Of a DNA stretch of 64,000 bases, positions 46,826-56,140 are shown piece after piece. The stretch's first letter is position 1; every line of letters begins with the position of its first letter. The notes beneath the pieces are model-generated. The model saw only the letters and a list, made by a program, of their open reading frames with translations, made no database searches and had not been told where the DNA came from. Source of the stretch: Candidatus Woesearchaeota archaeon (GTDB lineage: Archaea > Nanobdellota > Nanobdellia > Woesearchaeales > WJKL01); assembly GCA_019322435.1 (NCBI GenBank), contig JAHWIR010000005.1:199-64198 (forward strand), in the 5' to 3' direction. The position numbers and the translations under genes are program-made.

Positions 46826-47346
46826 TTTATATCCTCAGGTTTAATATCCAAGTTCTTAAAGATTTCTTTTTCCAGTTGTTTTGTTGCTTCAATTGAATCT
46901 AAGATAAGCTGCCTTACTTCTGGAAAGTAATCTGGCCACCTGTGCATCCTTTCATCTAAAGAGACTATTCTTACTTCATGAGAATTAACTCTTTTGTCTG
47001 CATAGAAGACTAATTTTTCTTCCCATGTCTCTAAAGGATCTTCAATTATTGCAGATAATAGATGTTTTCTTACAATTGTAATTAATTTTTGATCAAAATT
47101 TAATTTTTCTAAGATTTTTTCTCCTGCTTTAGCATGCTCTGCTTTATCTTTTTCTTCTACAGTTCCAACATCGTGCAATAATCCGGCAATTTCAACTAAA
47201 TTTACATCTATTTTCTCTCCTTTTTCAATTAGTTTTTTTGCTAAGAATACAGCAATCTCTGATACTTTTTCGCAATGCTTTATTTTAATATCATCAAGTC
47301 CATGCTTTTTTAATAACTCTATTGATTCTTCTCTTGTTGGTATCAT
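46822..47346 (-). CDS. HD-domain phosphohydrolase (tandem copy 2)
   Basis: IKHCEKVSEIAVFLA...GLLHDVG. ATGA-type 4-nt overlaps on both sides. Confidence 0.75.
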   Translation of the reverse strand: MIPTREESIELLKKHGLDDIKIKHCEKVSEIAVFLAKKLIEKGEKIDVNLVEIAGLLHDVGTVEEKDKAEHAKAGEKILEKLNFDQKLITIVRKHLLSAIIEDPLETWEEKLVFYADKRVNSHEVRIVSLDERMHRWPDYFPEVRQLILDSIEATKQLEKEIFKNLDIKPEDIK

Positions 47347-47852
47347 TTTATGTCTTCTGGCTGGATGTCTAATTTGTCAAATATTTCTTTTTCTAATCTA
47401 TATGCAAAATCTTCATGCTCTTGTTTAAAGGTTGTGTATTTTTTTCTTATAAATTCATATCTTTGCTTTATGCTGACTACTTTGTTGAACTGCACTCTTT
47501 TGTCTGCATAGCTAACAATCTTTGATTCCCATGCTAAATTATCATCTGGGATTCCGTGATTCTCTGCAATCTCTCCTACTTTTGAATACTGTTTTTCTGA
47601 GAGCCATTTTTTGCTGAGCTTTCCATGGTTTTTGATATCATTCAATGTTGGGATTTTATCTAAATCATGCAGTAAAGAGCCTGCATTTACTAAATCTAAG
47701 TCAAGTTTGATTCCTGCCTGCTTAAGTGCTATTCCTATTTCCATCGCAACCCTGTTTACTGTCCTGGAATGCTCTCTTACATTTTCAGGAAGCTTGAATT
47801 CATCCATTATCTTTATGCATTCTTCTGTTGTTGGTATCTCAGTCATGTTCAA
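47343..47852 (-). CDS. HD-domain phosphohydrolase (tandem copy 1)
   Basis: REHSRTVNRVAMEIG...SLLHDLDK. Both copies end ...(K/F)(N/D)LDI(K/Q)PEDIK. Confidence 0.75.
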   Translation of the reverse strand: MNMTEIPTTEECIKIMDEFKLPENVREHSRTVNRVAMEIGIALKQAGIKLDLDLVNAGSLLHDLDKIPTLNDIKNHGKLSKKWLSEKQYSKVGEIAENHGIPDDNLAWESKIVSYADKRVQFNKVVSIKQRYEFIRKKYTTFKQEHEDFAYRLEKEIFDKLDIQPEDIK

Positions 47853-48456
47853 TTATCTCTATCAGCTTGTTTAGATTAGGAATCATGAAATCAGGATGGT
47901 ATTTCTTTATGTACATCCTCTTGAAAACACCTGTCGGAACTATCACTGCTTTGATCCCTGCTTTGTGTGCCTCTATAACATCATTTATATGGTCTCCGAC
48001 ATAGACTGCTTCTGAAGATTTTAATGATTTCATTGCTTTTTTTATTATGTCATGCTTTTTTTCATCTTTTTTCATGTCTTCGCTTGCAACCAAGAGATTG
48101 TATCTTATCTTGAAATGCCTGCATGCCTTGATTACAGATTTTCTGTGGTTGTTTGTGAGGATTATTATCTTGATTCCTTTCAGTTTTGGTAAAAGTGTTT
48201 TTCCATAGAATTTCATCTTTGGGATGTTGGCTGCATAGACTTCTTCATAGACATTGATCAGCTTCTGCTTTGGGATTCCTGATTTTTTATGCAGTGAATT
48301 TATCATATCTGAGAATTTTGAACCGACATATTTCTGGAATCCTCTTTTAGAAGTTTTTTGATTGGTTAATTTCCATAAAGCTCTGTAAGTTGCTTTTGCT
48401 CCTGCTCTTGAATTTACTAAAGTTAGGTCAAAATCGAAAAAAATTGTTTTAATCAT
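47839..48456 (-). CDS. HAD-superfamily hydrolase
   Basis: IFFDFDLTLVNS (DxDxT) and VGDHINDVIEAHKAG. Confidence 0.8.
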   Translation of the reverse strand: MIKTIFFDFDLTLVNSRAGAKATYRALWKLTNQKTSKRGFQKYVGSKFSDMINSLHKKSGIPKQKLINVYEEVYAANIPKMKFYGKTLLPKLKGIKIIILTNNHRKSVIKACRHFKIRYNLLVASEDMKKDEKKHDIIKKAMKSLKSSEAVYVGDHINDVIEAHKAGIKAVIVPTGVFKRMYIKKYHPDFMIPNLNKLIEIIEHD

Positions 48457-48725
48457 TTTAGGTATTCCCTGATAAAATCATTAATGATTTTTTCGTCTAC
48501 ATTAGCTATGTCGCATGAAGTATGGTGGTCTGGATTTTCAGGGATTTGCATTCCAGGGCAGTATTTTTCTAGCCTAAGATCCCAGCCGCAACGAATGTTT
48601 TCTTTTCCTGGAGCTAATTCCTCTTTTTTCATATAATAGCATTCCCCTGTTATCTTATGTTGTTCTAGAGCTTCTGCTATCCTTTCTTTTATTGTCCTTG
48701 TATTATAATCCATAGTTTTGCTCAT
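48453..48725 (-). CDS. hypothetical Cys-containing small protein
   Basis: 90 aa with 4-nt overlaps to dnaK and the HAD gene. Confidence 0.55.
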   Translation of the reverse strand: MSKTMDYNTRTIKERIAEALEQHKITGECYYMKKEELAPGKENIRCGWDLRLEKYCPGMQIPENPDHHTSCDIANVDEKIINDFIREYLK

Positions 48726-50587
48726 TTCTTCTCCTTCTCCTTAAACTCTGCATCAACTACATCTTCATCTTTCTTTTCTTCTTTAGCTTCTTCTGGTTTA
48801 GGACCAGCTTTTGCCTGCTTTTTTGCCTGCTCTTGCTGAACTTTTTGATATAATTCAGTTGCAGCTTCTTGAGCTATTTTCTCAACTTCATCTAGTTTTG
48901 CTTTGATTTTTGCAACATCTTTTTTCTCTGGCTCCATCAGTTTCTTCAGCTCATCAACGTGTTTTGTTATCTCTTTTAGTTTCTTTTCATCAACTTTTCC
49001 TTTCAGGTCCTTCATTGTTTTTTCTGTTGTATAAATTAAAGTATCTGCTTTGTTGATTGTCTCAATCTCTTCTCTTTTCTTCTTGTCCTCTTCTGCATGC
49101 GCTTCTGCTTCTTTCTGCATCTTCTCAACATCTTTCTCATCCAGTCTTTGAGCTCCTGTGACTGTGATTTTCTGCTCTTTTCCTGTTCCTAAATCCTTTG
49201 CAGAGACATTTACAATTCCGTTTGCATCAATGTCAAATGTAACCTCAATCTGCGGAACTCCTCTTGGAGCTGCTGGTATGCCTACTAGATCAAATCTTCC
49301 TAGAGTCTTGTTGTCAGCTGACATTGAACGCTCTCCTTGCAGAACATGGATTGTTACAGCTGGCTGGTTGTCTGCTGCTGTTGAGAATATCTGGGATTTC
49401 TTTGTTGGAACGGTTGTATTACGCTCTATCAATCTTGTGGAAACTCCTCCTAGTGTTTCAATACCTAATGATAATGGAGTTACATCTAACAGCAATACAT
49501 CTTTAACATCTCCTGCCAATACACCACCTTGGATTGCTGCGCCTAATGCAACTGCTTCATCAGGATTGACTGATTTGTTTGGGTCTTTACCTGTCAAATC
49601 TTTAACCAAAGACTGCACTGCCGGAATTCTTGTTGAGCCTCCTACAAAGATGACTTCTTTCAGGTCTCCTTCTGAAAGCTTTGCATCTTTTAATGCCTGC
49701 TGTGTTGGTATTTTTAGTTTTTCTAGAATCTCTTCAATCATCTTTTCAAATTCTGCTCTTGTCAGTTCATAATTCAGATGTTTAGGGCCAGAATCTGTTG
49801 CAGTTACAAACGGCAGATTTATAGCTGTTTTTTGTGCAGAAGACAGTTCAATCTTGGCTTTTTCAGCTGCTTCTTTTAGTCTTTGCAATGCAACCTTGTC
49901 TTCTCTCAGGTCAACTCCTTCGTCTTTTTTGAATTTGTTTGCCATCCAGTCAATCAGGATTTCATCAATATCATCTCCTCCTAGATGGTTGTTTCCAGAA
50001 GTTGATTTTACTTCAAAAACACCTTCTGATAATTCTAAGATAGAGACATCAAAGGTTCCTCCTCCAAAGTCAAACACTAAAACTATCTCTTCTTTTTTCT
50101 TCTCTAAACCATAAGCTAATGCTGCTGCTGTCGGCTCATTGATGATTCTTAGAACATTCAATCCAGCGATTTTTCCAGCATCTTTTGTTGCCTGCCTCTG
50201 GGCATCTTCAAAATAAGCAGGGACTGTGATGACTGCATTGTTCACTGGCTGCCCTAGGTAAGCTTCTGCATCTGCTTTTAGCTTTTGCAGGATTGCTGCA
50301 GATATTTCTTGAGGAGTATAGTCTTTTCCATCTATTGTAACATTTTCATCAGAGCCCATTAATCTTTTAATTGACCTTACAGTATGCTCTGGATTAACAA
50401 TAGCCTGATTTCTAGCTACTTTTCCAACCAATCTTTCATTATCTTTTATTGTAACAACAGATGGAGTTGTGTTGTCTCCTTCTGCATTTGGAATTATTTT
50501 TCCTTTTCCAGCTTCTAGAATAGCAACAGCTGAGAAAGTTGTTCCTAAGTCAATTCCAATGACTTTTCCTTTTGTTTTTTCTGGCAT
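48722..50587 (-). CDS. dnaK: chaperone DnaK (Hsp70)
   Basis: [28 protein letters not shown] and a charged C-terminal lid. 621 aa. Confidence 0.97.
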   Translation of the reverse strand: MPEKTKGKVIGIDLGTTFSAVAILEAGKGKIIPNAEGDNTTPSVVTIKDNERLVGKVARNQAIVNPEHTVRSIKRLMGSDENVTIDGKDYTPQEISAAILQKLKADAEAYLGQPVNNAVITVPAYFEDAQRQATKDAGKIAGLNVLRIINEPTAAALAYGLEKKKEEIVLVFDFGGGTFDVSILELSEGVFEVKSTSGNNHLGGDDIDEILIDWMANKFKKDEGVDLREDKVALQRLKEAAEKAKIELSSAQKTAINLPFVTATDSGPKHLNYELTRAEFEKMIEEILEKLKIPTQQALKDAKLSEGDLKEVIFVGGSTRIPAVQSLVKDLTGKDPNKSVNPDEAVALGAAIQGGVLAGDVKDVLLLDVTPLSLGIETLGGVSTRLIERNTTVPTKKSQIFSTAADNQPAVTIHVLQGERSMSADNKTLGRFDLVGIPAAPRGVPQIEVTFDIDANGIVNVSAKDLGTGKEQKITVTGAQRLDEKDVEKMQKEAEAHAEEDKKKREEIETINKADTLIYTTEKTMKDLKGKVDEKKLKEITKHVDELKKLMEPEKKDVAKIKAKLDEVEKIAQEAATELYQKVQQEQAKKQAKAGPKPEEAKEEKKDEDVVDAEFKEKEKK

Positions 50588-50606
50588 TTTTATACCTCCG
50601 TGATTA

Positions 50607-50963
50607 TTAACCTAAGTATGATGGTGCTTTTGTCTCTTCGGTTGTTTCTTTTTGCTGTTTTTGTGCTTCTTTCAGATGCTTTTTGACTGCTTTTGGCTGC
50701 TCTATTTTGCCGTATTTCTCCTCGTATTTGTTGACAACATTTGATAATACTCTCAGGATTTCCTTTGCATGCCATGGCTCAACCATAACAACATTGTGCT
50801 TCATTGAAACGTATGGAGCTTCTTTTGTCCTTGGGTCTGTCCTTGGAGTTACGCATCTGAAATCAAAGATAAACTGGGTTGGATTGAAATTCAGGCTCAT
50901 TTCGTGAGCAAAGAATTCTTTTCCATCATCAATTCCCATGTTGATTTGTTTTTTTTCTGACAT
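50607..50963 (-). CDS. DUF3467-like protein
   Basis: [19 protein letters not shown] resembles the DUF3467 core as recalled from memory. 118 aa, immediately upstream of dnaK. Confidence 0.5.
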   Translation of the reverse strand: MSEKKQINMGIDDGKEFFAHEMSLNFNPTQFIFDFRCVTPRTDPRTKEAPYVSMKHNVVMVEPWHAKEILRVLSNVVNKYEEKYGKIEQPKAVKKHLKEAQKQQKETTEETKAPSYLG

Positions 50964-50964
50964 T

Positions 50965-51588
50965 TTATTTTACCTCTAATTTGTTTATTGCTTGTTTTAG
51001 TTCTTCCAATCTTTCTCCTTCTATGATTGGACCGTGTCCTGGAATAATTACATCTGCTATTTCTACTATCTTTTTTGCGCTGTCAATATAATCTTGATTT
51101 TGGGGAACACCCCACAATCCTTTTTTGATGGATTCTTCCTGGATTGCATCTCCTGATATCACATATGTTTTATCGCTTTCTACCACTACAGAAATATGTT
51201 TTTCCTTGTGTCCGGGAGTTTCTATTAATTTAAATCCCGGTCTTTCTATAAGTTTATCATATACATCTAATGATTTATTGTAAAATAAAATTGGTCCCCA
51301 CAATATCTCTGCATTTTTAAAAAGATGGTTATTAAATACATGATCTGGGTGAAGATGTGTGATTATTACTTGTTTTATGTCTTCTGGCTTGAGCCCTTGT
51401 TTATCTAATGCTGCTATTATTTCGTCTTCATAACCACGATTGCCTGTATCTACAAGGGTGTGTTCTTCTTCTTTTTCTGCTTTTAATAAGACTACTGCAC
51501 TACATATCTCTTTACATGTATTGATTAATCCTTCTCCTGTTGAGCCTAAATCTTCATGCACTCCTTGTTTTAGTAGAATAACTTTCAT
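50965..51588 (-). CDS. MBL-fold metallo-hydrolase
   Basis: Start re-set to MKVILLKQG (ATGA overlap with the GNAT stop, SD ggaaggtg). HLHPDH motif and GHG near the C-terminus. Confidence 0.8.
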   Translation of the reverse strand: MKVILLKQGVHEDLGSTGEGLINTCKEICSAVVLLKAEKEEEHTLVDTGNRGYEDEIIAALDKQGLKPEDIKQVIITHLHPDHVFNNHLFKNAEILWGPILFYNKSLDVYDKLIERPGFKLIETPGHKEKHISVVVESDKTYVISGDAIQEESIKKGLWGVPQNQDYIDSAKKIVEIADVIIPGHGPIIEGERLEELKQAINKLEVK

Positions 51589-52043
51589 TCCAACACCTTC
51601 CCCAAGATATAACATTTTTCTCCTGGTCTGTAGTGTGATTTAAGTTGTCCTTCTACTTCATAGCCGTTTCTCTTGTAGAAATCAAGAGCATTTTTTTCAT
51701 TTTCAGAAACATGGATCTCTATTTTTCCTTTGCCGACGATTTCATCTGCTTTTTTCAGCAATTCAGAGCCAACTCCTTTGCTCTGGAAGTCTTTTGTGAC
51801 TGCTAGATGTTTTACTCTTGCTCTTGTGTGTCCTGGAATCTGCTCTTCGTATGTAACTAATAATCCTCCAGCTACTCTGTCGTCTTCAACTGCTACAAGA
51901 AGTTCTCCTTCAACACCTACTGTTTCTAGATAACTAACAACTTCATCTTCTGGCTTTTGGAAGATGTTGTGTATTTCAAAGACTTCTTTGTATATTTTAA
52001 CTAACTGTTTTAGTTCTTCGGTATTTGGTTTGTCTATTTTCAT
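51585..52043 (-). CDS. GNAT-family N-acetyltransferase
   Basis: VTKDFQSKGVGSELLKKA and FYKRNGYEV. Confidence 0.8.
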   Translation of the reverse strand: MKIDKPNTEELKQLVKIYKEVFEIHNIFQKPEDEVVSYLETVGVEGELLVAVEDDRVAGGLLVTYEEQIPGHTRARVKHLAVTKDFQSKGVGSELLKKADEIVGKGKIEIHVSENEKNALDFYKRNGYEVEGQLKSHYRPGEKCYILGKVLE

Positions 52044-52552
52044 TTTAACACCTCATAGTTGAGTATTTTTTTCAAAACTTTTTTGTCTGGAACTAAGGAT
52101 TCTAGTTCACCTCCTGGAATGTTCTTTCCTCCTGAGTCCAGATACAGTTTCCATTCTCTTATTGAAACTGGGTCTGTTGGATTGACAAAATAATTAAGGT
52201 CAAACCAGATTGACAACTCCTGTCCATGCTCATTGCAAGTTGCAATCTTGCACTGCAAAGGCTTTACTTCATGGATTGTGCAGCCTTTTTTTGCATTGAA
52301 AAACATGCATGTTCCATATGGCTTGCCTTTTTTGATTGTTAATGGTCTGTATAATGTTGTGTTGAATTTCTTTACTGGCTCTAATGCTGTTTTCTTCAAT
52401 CCTTCTTCTGTTAATTTTAATTTTCTTGCAATGGATGTTATGTCTGCTTTTGTCAGGAAGCCTGAGCCGTAGGTGCAGCATTTGCCGCATCTATTGCAGC
52501 TATTGCCCATCCGTATTGTTTCTGCAATCGTAGTTGCTTTTTTGATCTTCAT
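52040..52552 (-). CDS. YkgJ-family (UPF0153) Cys-cluster protein
   Basis: CNRCGKCCTYG ... CMFFNAKKGCTIHEVKPLQCK. The start is uncertain (alternative M15 at 52510). Confidence 0.7.
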   Translation of the reverse strand: MKIKKATTIAETIRMGNSCNRCGKCCTYGSGFLTKADITSIARKLKLTEEGLKKTALEPVKKFNTTLYRPLTIKKGKPYGTCMFFNAKKGCTIHEVKPLQCKIATCNEHGQELSIWFDLNYFVNPTDPVSIREWKLYLDSGGKNIPGGELESLVPDKKVLKKILNYEVLK

Positions 52553-52678
52553 GTTGTTTTATTGGATATTGTTTTGGTCTTGCTCCTGGTATTACTCTGG
52601 TTTGATTCATCAATCTTGCTTCTAATTCTCTTTGCTGCTCATGCCATTGAGCTCTGATTCCTGCTGGTTTTTCTCCTC

Positions 52679-53089
52679 TCATTTTTTGCTCACCTTTACC
52701 TTTGTTGGTCTTATAACATTGTCTTTGAACTTGTATCCTGCCTGCAATTCTTCAATCACAGTGCCTTCTTCTTTGTCTGAAGCTTCCTGCATCAATGCTT
52801 CATGCAGAAAAGGGTCGAATTTTTGGTCTAAGGCCTTGATTTTCTCTAATCCTTTTGATTCCAGCACCTGCCAGAGCTGATCATACAGTGCTTTGATGTC
52901 TTTATTGCCCAATGCTCTCTCAAATGAATCTAAAACAGGCAGTAATTCTTTGATTATTTCCTGAGAAGAATATTCTATGAAATCTTTTTTCTCTTTTTCA
53001 GCTCTTTTTTGATAGTTTTCAAAATCAGCCTGGACCTTTTTTAGCAGAGCTGTGATTTCTTTAGAGTCTTGTTTCTTTGGTTTTTTCAT
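52679..53089 (-). CDS. grpE: nucleotide exchange factor GrpE (short form)
   Basis: DFENYQKRAEKE, LLPVLDSFERAL, FDPFLHEAL and VIRPTKVKV. Confidence 0.9.
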   Translation of the reverse strand: MKKPKKQDSKEITALLKKVQADFENYQKRAEKEKKDFIEYSSQEIIKELLPVLDSFERALGNKDIKALYDQLWQVLESKGLEKIKALDQKFDPFLHEALMQEASDKEEGTVIEELQAGYKFKDNVIRPTKVKVSKK

Positions 53090-53105
53090 TTTTCCTAAAC
53101 ACCCC

Positions 53106-53137
53106 TGTTGATTTTAGGTCAACTATGTTGATTTTAG
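53106..53137. promoter_or_regulatory. putative operator: two copies of TGTTGATTTTAG 20 nt apart, the first inside the palindrome GTTGA-N7-TCAAC
   Basis: 53106-53117 and 53126-53137 are identical 12-mers. They lie between the TATA (about 53147-53160, minus strand) and the grpE ATG, in the divergent region shared with the wHTH gene. Confidence 0.5.
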
Positions 53138-53211
53138 ATAAACAACTAGTATATAAATATTATGGTAATCCATGCAATAAATTTATATATCACAAAGTTA
53201 TTTTATGAAAT

Positions 53212-53616
53212 ATGCTAGGGGAAAAGAGGGTTACTATAGTCAAACTTAGCAAACCAGATGACAAGGATCTGAACAAGAACTTGCAATGGTTTGGTAACTC
53301 ATTAGGGTTGTTTAGTATAAGAGATAAAGATAGAAGCTGCTTTCGAATCTTTATTGAGCTTGTTAAGGCAACAAAAACACAAAATCCCCTGACTTCTGAT
53401 GAGATTGCATCAAGATTAGAGCTGAGCAGAGGCACTGTGGTGCATCATGTGAATAAAATGATGGGTTCTGGGATTGTTGTAAGAGAAGGAAGCAGGTATT
53501 TGATGAGAGTTGGTTCCTTGACAACACTGATTGAGGAATTACACAAGGATGTTTCTAAGACCTGCAAAGAATTAAGAGATGCTGCGCAGGAGATTGATGC
53601 TTGTTTGGGGCTTTAA
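53212..53616 (+). CDS. winged-helix transcriptional regulator, divergent from grpE
   Basis: LTSDEIASRLELSRGTVVHHVNKMMGSGIVVREGSRY is an HTH plus wing. 134 aa. Confidence 0.7.
   Translation: MLGEKRVTIVKLSKPDDKDLNKNLQWFGNSLGLFSIRDKDRSCFRIFIELVKATKTQNPLTSDEIASRLELSRGTVVHHVNKMMGSGIVVREGSRYLMRVGSLTTLIEELHKDVSKTCKELRDAAQEIDACLGL
53595..53616 (+). repeat. 22-bp direct repeat, copy A (last codons plus stop of the wHTH gene)
   Basis: tgatgcttgtttggggctttaa, 22/22 identical to 58025-58046. Confidence 0.9.
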
Positions 53617-53705
53617 GCTATTAAATCAACTATTCTCTTATATAGAGAGGTCTATTCAATTTTGAAACCAACAATTTTATAAATGCACGAGAACTACACA
53701 TTAAT

Positions 53706-53885
53706 ATGGATATCATATTGGGTTTAGTGATTATAGATCTTGTACTTATTGTTCTATATTCAACACTATCCTTTTTCTCAGAGAAATTAAAGATTAAAAA
53801 AGAATTAATCTTACCTTTAATCCATATAATTGAAATTGTAACAGCAGGATTAGTAGGATATATTGCTGGGAAAGGCGGTATATGA
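53706..53885 (+). CDS. small two-helix membrane protein (59 aa, below the ORF-track cutoff)
   Basis: MDIILGLVIIDLVLIVLYSTLSFF...IIEIVTAGLVGYIAGKGGI. TATA ttttataaatg lies about 25 nt upstream. ATGA overlap with the next ORF. Confidence 0.5.
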   Translation: MDIILGLVIIDLVLIVLYSTLSFFSEKLKIKKELILPLIHIIEIVTAGLVGYIAGKGGI

Positions 53886-54076
53886 TGGCAAGATCAAATA
53901 TTGATGATGCAATTAAATTTGGAGGAGTGCTTATTGCTTTACTTGTAAGTGTCCTTGCAATATCTACTGTAACAATCAATTTAGATGCTGCTCCTCAGAT
54001 TTTAGAATTTTTAATTGTTTTAATGGTAATCCTAAGTATAATTACTGCAATTGGTAATTTTCTCAAGAAAATTTAA
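53882..54076 (+). CDS. small two-helix membrane protein
   Basis: 64 aa, GGVLIALLVSVLAISTV and ILEFLIVLMVILSIITAIG. Confidence 0.5.
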   Translation: MMARSNIDDAIKFGGVLIALLVSVLAISTVTINLDAAPQILEFLIVLMVILSIITAIGNFLKKI

Positions 54077-54107
54077 TTGTTGATTCCAAAATTTCTCCGT
54101 CCACTTA

Positions 54108-54767
54108 TCATAGCCTAATTGCTCTAGCATTTTGATTTAATGTTCGTGCTAAAGTAATCTTTAATCTTTTCTTAATCTTATCAAGTTCTTTTCTCATTCT
54201 TCGAGTTTTTACTGCGTCTTTATCAAGTTCCTTAACCATTTGATGTTGTCTTCTCTTCATTGATTTTATAAGTCTATTGATCCTTCTGATATTCATCTTT
54301 TTAGGATCTTTGTCATCTAAATCCAGATGACAATCATGACAAATCCAAAACAAATTAGCTCTATGGAACTTAAATGCAGAATACTTTCTATGGATTCCTC
54401 TGAAATTATGTTTTTCTATAATATGGGCTTCTTCTAAGTGTTTAGGTTTTCTACAAGCTTCACAAGTCTTTCCCCTTACCTTTTTAATCATTTCTGTATT
54501 TGGTTTTTTACTTGCTTCTGGGTTTACGACCAGTAGACTTTTTCTATACTTGACAAATAATTTTTCTAGCTTAGAAATAAAAGGTACTTTGATATTAAAT
54601 CTGTCCCTTACAAATTTGATGTCGTGCCTTATCCTCAAATAATCTTTTTCTACTCTATCATAAGCGTCATCTTCTCTATCAAGTTTATTTAGAATTTTTT
54701 TGTTAAAATTATCCTTTAGTCTGGAATCTGAAAAATGTTTTGCTTGTGGAAATGTCATATTAAACAC
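54108..54767 (-). CDS. HNH endonuclease-like protein with basic C-terminal tail
   Basis: CEAC...LEEAHII...RANLFWICHDCH, i.e. CxxC / His / Asn / CxxCH. SD agaggtg. Confidence 0.7.
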   Translation of the reverse strand: MFNMTFPQAKHFSDSRLKDNFNKKILNKLDREDDAYDRVEKDYLRIRHDIKFVRDRFNIKVPFISKLEKLFVKYRKSLLVVNPEASKKPNTEMIKKVRGKTCEACRKPKHLEEAHIIEKHNFRGIHRKYSAFKFHRANLFWICHDCHLDLDDKDPKKMNIRRINRLIKSMKRRQHQMVKELDKDAVKTRRMRKELDKIKKRLKITLARTLNQNARAIRL

Positions 54768-54811
54768 CTCTTTTTACATCATTATTCAGAACAAATATAA
54801 AAATTTATCTC

Positions 54812-54836
54812 AAACCTTCGTGAATATTAAAGAAAA
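54812..54836 (-). promoter_or_regulatory. terminator/promoter module, 25-nt exact repeat copy 1
   Basis: aaaccttcgtgaatattaaagaaaa on the plus strand. The minus strand reads TTTTCTTTAATATTCACGAAGGTTT. Lies between the 391-aa gene stop and the HNH gene. Confidence 0.55.
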
Positions 54837-54844
54837 TCATTTAA

Positions 54845-56020
54845 TTACTCAACATCATAATTTCTTAACATCTCTTGTTCTCTTAGAAGTTTTTCAGCAA
54901 GCACCTGATATCTTTGATTTGCGAATGGTGCATCAGGAGGTCCTCTTACATGAGGACTTACCCAAGTAGTCATACGAAGAGTACCATCCTTGTTTTTATA
55001 TTCTCTATTGTGCCCTCTTACATAAATCCTCTCTGTAAGTTCCCATGCCTTATCTTTCCTAGGTTCATATTCTTGAACAACATTATCTTTTACTACAACC
55101 AGATGAAAGGGCTTCTTCTTTCTTTTTTCACCGCTAGCCTCTCTTCGTTTTATAGGGCCTTCCCTAGGAACAACAGTGGTATTATGTGAATTGATGTAAT
55201 TTATTAAATTGATACATAAACTAGGAATTTGATAGAAAAAATCTGGATCAGAAAGATTCTCAGGAGATACTTTATTCTTAGTCCTCTTGAGGCCTGATTT
55301 TGTACTAAACCAACCTTTTTTAGAATGTATATCTATTTCAAAGGATAGGTCTTTGTAATTTGGGTCAATATATTTCTGCCTGTTTACCTTTCTTAACATT
55401 CTTTTCATATTTTTAACACAACGTTTATGAGATCTAAGTCTATTTGATGAATCTAGTAGATAACCTCCAAATACTCTTTGCTCTTTTTCTGGTTCAATTT
55501 CAATAGCTGCTGTAACCAAGTCATCTAGATTATTAGAGTAATGAACATTTATTCCATAATGCCATAACCCTTCTCTATCTTCTCCACCTTCAAGATATAT
55601 CCCGCACATATTCTTAACATTATCACTTAAAGGAAGGGCCATTGGAATAGGTTCAGCTAATTCGAAAAATATTGGATTAAATGGCAATTGGCCTCTCCAA
55701 ACATACCCGTAAGAAGCGGGCTGGGTATTGACTAAACTATCTATAGTAGCAGGCCCAATTAAAAAAGGTTTAGCCTCTAATAGCAAGTCTAATATGCTTT
55801 TATATTCCTCACAATATCCCCTTGATTCTTCAATAACTGTACTGGACCAAAAATCCAATCTAGAATCAGATATACCTAAATCAGTAGGAAGCTTCTTACA
55901 AACTTCTTCTGTCTCCCTATTAACACGGATAGTTTCTTTATAAAAATTGATTAACCTATCATAAAACCAGGATTCGGATGTTATTTTGTTTTTTGATTTA
56001 TTTTTTTTCTTTTTACTCAT
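54845..56020 (-). CDS. hypothetical protein (391 aa orphan)
   Basis: Lys-rich N-terminus, internal basic patches (RREASGEKRKKK) and C-terminal RIYVRGHNREYKNKDGTLRMTTWVSPHVRG. No family recognised. Confidence 0.6.
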   Translation of the reverse strand: MSKKKKNKSKNKITSESWFYDRLINFYKETIRVNRETEEVCKKLPTDLGISDSRLDFWSSTVIEESRGYCEEYKSILDLLLEAKPFLIGPATIDSLVNTQPASYGYVWRGQLPFNPIFFELAEPIPMALPLSDNVKNMCGIYLEGGEDREGLWHYGINVHYSNNLDDLVTAAIEIEPEKEQRVFGGYLLDSSNRLRSHKRCVKNMKRMLRKVNRQKYIDPNYKDLSFEIDIHSKKGWFSTKSGLKRTKNKVSPENLSDPDFFYQIPSLCINLINYINSHNTTVVPREGPIKRREASGEKRKKKPFHLVVVKDNVVQEYEPRKDKAWELTERIYVRGHNREYKNKDGTLRMTTWVSPHVRGPPDAPFANQRYQVLAEKLLREQEMLRNYDVE

Positions 56021-56094
56021 AATAAATCTTCCATAAATCTCTCAGAAAATATCTGAGGCTACAACACCTCTTTAGATAGTCATAAAGTTACTGA

Positions 56095-56125
56095 TTTTAT
56101 AAACCTTCGTGAATATTAAAGAAAA
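56095..56125 (-). promoter_or_regulatory. terminator/promoter module, 25-nt exact repeat copy 2 plus TATA
   Basis: The minus strand reads TTTTCTTTAATATTCACGAAGGTTTATAAAA. Positions 56101-56125 are identical to 54812-54836. About 75 nt upstream of the ATG at 56020. Confidence 0.55.
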
Positions 56126-56140
56126 AACTAAGGATTGATT

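Noticed and set aside
52500-52682. 60-aa basic Gln/Arg-rich ORF filling the only sizeable gap in the hsp70 operon, with an ATGA overlap to the grpE stop
   Set aside because: Left uncalled. The ATGA coupling fits the operon style, but the composition is atypical, it overlaps the start region of the YkgJ-like gene, and there is no recognisable motif. It needs conservation or ribosome-profiling evidence.
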